Shown in pieces: positions 10,839 to 13,322 of a DNA stretch of 13,322 bases. The notes under the pieces were generated by a model. The model was not told the DNA's origin and searched no databases. It saw only the letters and a list, made by a program, of their open reading frames with translations. Numbering within the stretch: the stretch's first letter is position 1; each line of letters begins with the position of its first letter. Location: positions 1 through 13,322 of the forward strand of contig JBFMCP010000057.1 of NCBI GenBank assembly GCA_040754455.1, in the 5' to 3' direction. The position numbers and the translations under genes were made by a program. This DNA comes from Nitrospirota bacterium (GTDB taxonomy: Bacteria > Nitrospirota > Thermodesulfovibrionia > Thermodesulfovibrionales > Dissulfurispiraceae).

Positions 10839-11645
10839 ATGGGGGCCGGAGACAGCGGGGAGGAGTGGTGGATTGCAGCAGGAAACGAGTTCGGAGCCGG
10901 TGAGTCCGGCAGGGTCTCGCAACCGACGGCGAGCGGCCGGGAGCGGGAAGGAGGACGCCGCCACGCTGATACGCGTGCCGGAGATTGCCTGGAGGCCCTC
11001 TCCAGGGAGATACGACACGGGCTCGGGAATCCCATCAATTCGGTCAAGACCGTCCTGAATGTGCTCATCGCGAATCTGGAGCACTACGATGCCTCAGCCA
11101 TAAGAGAGTATCTCGAGCGTTCGCAGCAGGAACTCGGCAAGGCAGAGCGATTCCTGAAGGACCTGAGGGAACTTAACCGCTTCGAGCATCTCGATCTCAG
11201 GGGGATACCAGCGACATCGTTCATTGAGAAGCTGCTCGCTCCTCTGCGCCATGAAGTATCAAAGAAAGGCATTACGCTCACCACTTCCATTGGGCCGGGG
11301 CTGGGGGCATTCCATGCCGATCAGCAGGCACTGCGGCAGGTGCTCATGACGGTCCTCGCCAATGCCGTCGATGCATGTCGGGAAAGCAGATGCCCCGAAA
11401 TATCCCTTGCCGTCTCCCGTACACCGGAGGGAATGGCGCTGGTGCGGATAACGGACAACGGTAGAAGGACGAACGAGCAGCAGGACGTGCCCTTCACATC
11501 GCTCCCTGCCTCAGGCCCACAGAGCGGAGGGCTCGGGCTCCTCATCGCCCGCAGACTCTTGCAGAAAATGAAGGGAAGCATCGAGGTAAAGAACTTTGAA
11601 CGAGAGGGGACGACGGTCGATATCCTCATCCCCTCACAGCAGTAG
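10839..11645 (+). CDS. Sensorless histidine-kinase-like protein (DHp + degenerate HATPase_c); probable pseudokinase, paralog of 6392..9346
   Basis: SD GAGGAG at 10830-10835. H-box IRHGLGNPINSVK (H60). About 88/208 (~42%) identical to the upstream kinase core by hand alignment. ATP-binding boxes are altered, but the frame is intact. Confidence 0.85.
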   Translation: MGAGDSGEEWWIAAGNEFGAGESGRVSQPTASGREREGGRRHADTRAGDCLEALSREIRHGLGNPINSVKTVLNVLIANLEHYDASAIREYLERSQQELGKAERFLKDLRELNRFEHLDLRGIPATSFIEKLLAPLRHEVSKKGITLTTSIGPGLGAFHADQQALRQVLMTVLANAVDACRESRCPEISLAVSRTPEGMALVRITDNGRRTNEQQDVPFTSLPASGPQSGGLGLLIARRLLQKMKGSIEVKNFEREGTTVDILIPSQQ

Positions 11646-11795
11646 CGCTTTCCGGAACGCGCCCCGAAATCTCCCGCCTAAAATGAACAGTGCGATGCAA
11701 AATAGGCCGCTCGTTTTTTTCATCGAAAGGGCCGAAGTGCTGTGGCATTTACTGGTAACCTGCTGAAACTGCGAGCGACAACTCCGATGGAACAT

Positions 11796-11812
11796 CTGGC
11801 ACTGCTCTTGCT
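11796..11812 (+). promoter_or_regulatory. sigma54 (-24/-12) promoter P2
   Basis: CTGGCACTGCTCTTGCT; GG 11798-99, N10, GC 11810-11; 15/17 identical to P1. Confidence 0.85.
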
Positions 11813-11824
11813 TATTGGATGATC

Positions 11825-12265
11825 ATGAAAAACGTACTGATCGTCGATGATGAACGTCTGATCCGCACCTCGCTTGCCGAGTGGCTCCGGCTCTACGATA
11901 AAACGTGCAACGTGCTGACTGCAGGCAACGGAAGGGAGGCGGTGGATATTCTTGAGACGGCACTGGTGGACATAGTGATCACCGATCTCGATATGCCGGT
12001 TATGGACGGGCTCGAGCTCCTCGCCTACCGGCAGGAGCATTGCTCCGATGTGCCAGCGATTGTCATTACCTCCTTTGTCGACAGCGATATCCGCGAGCGG
12101 CTCTTCAGGCTCGGCGCCTGCACCTATATGCCCAAACCCTTCGGCTTCAAGGAACTGCACACGAAGATACTGCAGCTGCTTGAGGCCCGGATTCACCCAT
12201 ATGATATATGCAGGGGATCCCTTGGATACGCGAACGCTATGATTGAGGAGGATATGATATGTTGA
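11825..12265 (+). CDS. Stand-alone response regulator receiver protein (CheY-like) with ~25 aa C-terminal tail
   Basis: MKNVLIVDDE...VITDLDMPVMDGLELL...VITS...KPF; acidic pair, phospho-Asp (D54), Thr and Lys all present. Start is ATG 11825 or ATG 11819. Confidence 0.92.
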   Translation: MKNVLIVDDERLIRTSLAEWLRLYDKTCNVLTAGNGREAVDILETALVDIVITDLDMPVMDGLELLAYRQEHCSDVPAIVITSFVDSDIRERLFRLGACTYMPKPFGFKELHTKILQLLEARIHPYDICRGSLGYANAMIEEDMIC

Positions 12266-12597
12266 CACTGACAGAGATGATAGAAGAAAAAAATTCATTG
12301 GCATACTTTGAGCGGTCACTTTCAGGCAGTGCAGGAAGCGTCGTCGGGCAGATCCCCGATAGATCAGGGCACGTCGCACCCCAAGCGTCGAAAGAGCTTC
12401 GCAGGCGCCTCGCCGAGGCGATACTGCTTCAGTCGATAGCAGACCTCTGGGATCCTTCGCTCAAAGAGGAGAGCATCGGTTTCTTCACGGACGGCCGTTT
12501 CGCAGCCTGTGCCGAGGCAGCCGGAATGAGCTATCCGCAACAGCTTAAGCTGCTCGGCATCGTTGCCGGAGCGGGTGCCGGGAGATTTATGAAATAA
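12259..12597 (+). CDS. Hypothetical protein (112 aa), translationally coupled to the receiver gene
   Basis: Strong SD GAGGAGG 12245-12251, 7 nt before the ATG; 7-nt overlap with the upstream gene; helical-looking core RRRLAEAILLQSIADLWD...FF...F..CAEAAGM. Confidence 0.75.
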   Translation: MLTLTEMIEEKNSLAYFERSLSGSAGSVVGQIPDRSGHVAPQASKELRRRLAEAILLQSIADLWDPSLKEESIGFFTDGRFAACAEAAGMSYPQQLKLLGIVAGAGAGRFMK

Positions 12598-12935
12598 GAG
12601 TCGCTCATCTTTTCCTCCGATAAAGCCTCCTTCTGACCAGTGGGCATTGGTGTTCTCCCGCGCCGATGCCTCTTTCTTTTGTTCGCAGTGGTATACATGG
12701 TTGCCCATCGGTTTTCATAGTGCGTGCGCAGCAGTGGAATTCGTCGTTTCACTTGTTTCGAACGGAAAAGATGCGGAGATGGTGAATATCCCCCTCTCGT
12801 TAAAAGAACGTGCCTGTAAAAAGTGGCACGCCGATATGACGAATTGTGCAGAATGAACCATTCATAATGATCTGAATGCCGCCCATAAGCAACGCCTCGA
12901 AAAAGTAAGTTCCTGTCTTATTAAAAAGAATTGAT

Positions 12936-12952
12936 CTGGTATTGATCTTGCA
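12936..12952 (+). promoter_or_regulatory. sigma54 (-24/-12) promoter P3
   Basis: CTGGTATTGATCTTGCA; GG 12938-39, N10, GC 12950-51; AT-rich upstream; 37 nt before an SD-led ATG. Confidence 0.75.
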
Positions 12953-12989
12953 TTCTCAGATGAAAGGAAATTTTTATTCAGGAGGCTTT

Positions 12990-13220
12990 ATGGATACTGC
13001 TGCGGTTGTCTCATATAAGGATAGACAGGGGGAGATGGTGCAGACATTCATGAACCCTCATATACATACGCATATTGAAAGGAGGAGTAGGGTTATGCAG
13101 GAGACGGATATCGGTTGCGGACGGAGGATTCTTCTCGTCAGTCTTATTTTCCTAGCGCTGCTAGTGGGTAATCTTATCCAGTCGAGCGCGGAAGTGGAGG
13201 TACAATCAAAAAGTGTGTAA
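12990..13220 (+). CDS. Small protein with one hydrophobic segment (membrane or signal-peptide-like); 76 aa from ATG 12990, or 41 aa from ATG 13095
   Basis: AGGAGG at 12980-12985 before ATG 12990; AAGGAGGAG before in-frame ATG 13095; RRILLVSLIFLALLVGNLI is hydrophobic. Confidence 0.55.
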   Translation: MDTAAVVSYKDRQGEMVQTFMNPHIHTHIERRSRVMQETDIGCGRRILLVSLIFLALLVGNLIQSSAEVEVQSKSV

Positions 13221-13295
13221 ATAGACAAAAGGCGGTGTATCCTAAATCTTTAAATGTTGAGCTCGAAATCAACAAAAGAAAAGGAGACACCACCC

Positions 13296-13322
13296 ATGCG
13301 AAAGGGTATCACTGAGGCAGCA
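13296..13322 (+). CDS. 5' end of a gene truncated by the window edge (MRKGITEAA...)
   Basis: AAGGAG at 13281-13286 followed by ATG 13296; open to the window end. Confidence 0.5.

Noticed and set aside
11743..11760. TGGCATTTACTGGTAA as a sigma54 site
   Set aside because: No GC 10 nt after the GG.
12824..12840. TGGCACG as a fourth sigma54 promoter
   Set aside because: Perfect -24 element, but positions 12837-12838 are TG rather than GC; no -12 element.
12531..12856. Intergenic ORFs 12531..12752(-), 12364..12708(-) and 12647..12856(+)
   Set aside because: No motifs, no convincing SD at the listed starts, and the minus-strand ones overlap the + strand hypothetical gene. A 25-aa minus-strand ORF from ATG 12608 has an SD but is otherwise unsupported.
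12924..12936. IHF site next to P3 (minus strand GATCAATTCTTTT)
   Set aside because: Two mismatches to WATCAANNNNTTR in AT-rich DNA; plausible but not supportable.
12942..12989. ORF-track start at TTG 12942 for the small protein
   Set aside because: Lies inside the P3 promoter motif and lacks an SD; ATG 12990 or 13095 are better supported.

Overview
Bacterial window with all real genes on the + strand. It opens with the 3' end of an IS3-family (IS407-like) transposase and its right end, then tRNA-Gly(CCC). Next is a translationally coupled nucleotide-sugar operon (galE, pmm/pgm, manC, gmd, fcl: Fru-6-P to GDP-L-fucose, plus a UDP-sugar 4-epimerase). The rest is a signalling locus: a MASE3-PAS-GAF-PAS histidine kinase, a sigma54 enhancer-binding response regulator (NtrC/Fis type), and three units each preceded by a correctly spaced sigma54 -24/-12 motif. 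These units are (i) a sensorless, catalytically degenerate paralog of the same kinase, (ii) a stand-alone receiver protein plus a hypothetical protein, and (iii) a small membrane/secreted protein and a gene truncated by the window end. The most interesting signal is this apparent self-contained sigma54 circuit with a pseudokinase, together with an intergenic segment antisense to two downstream ribosome-binding regions. Gene style suggests Nitrospirota/Desulfobacterota-like anaerobes (inference only). All alignments and motif calls were made by eye.
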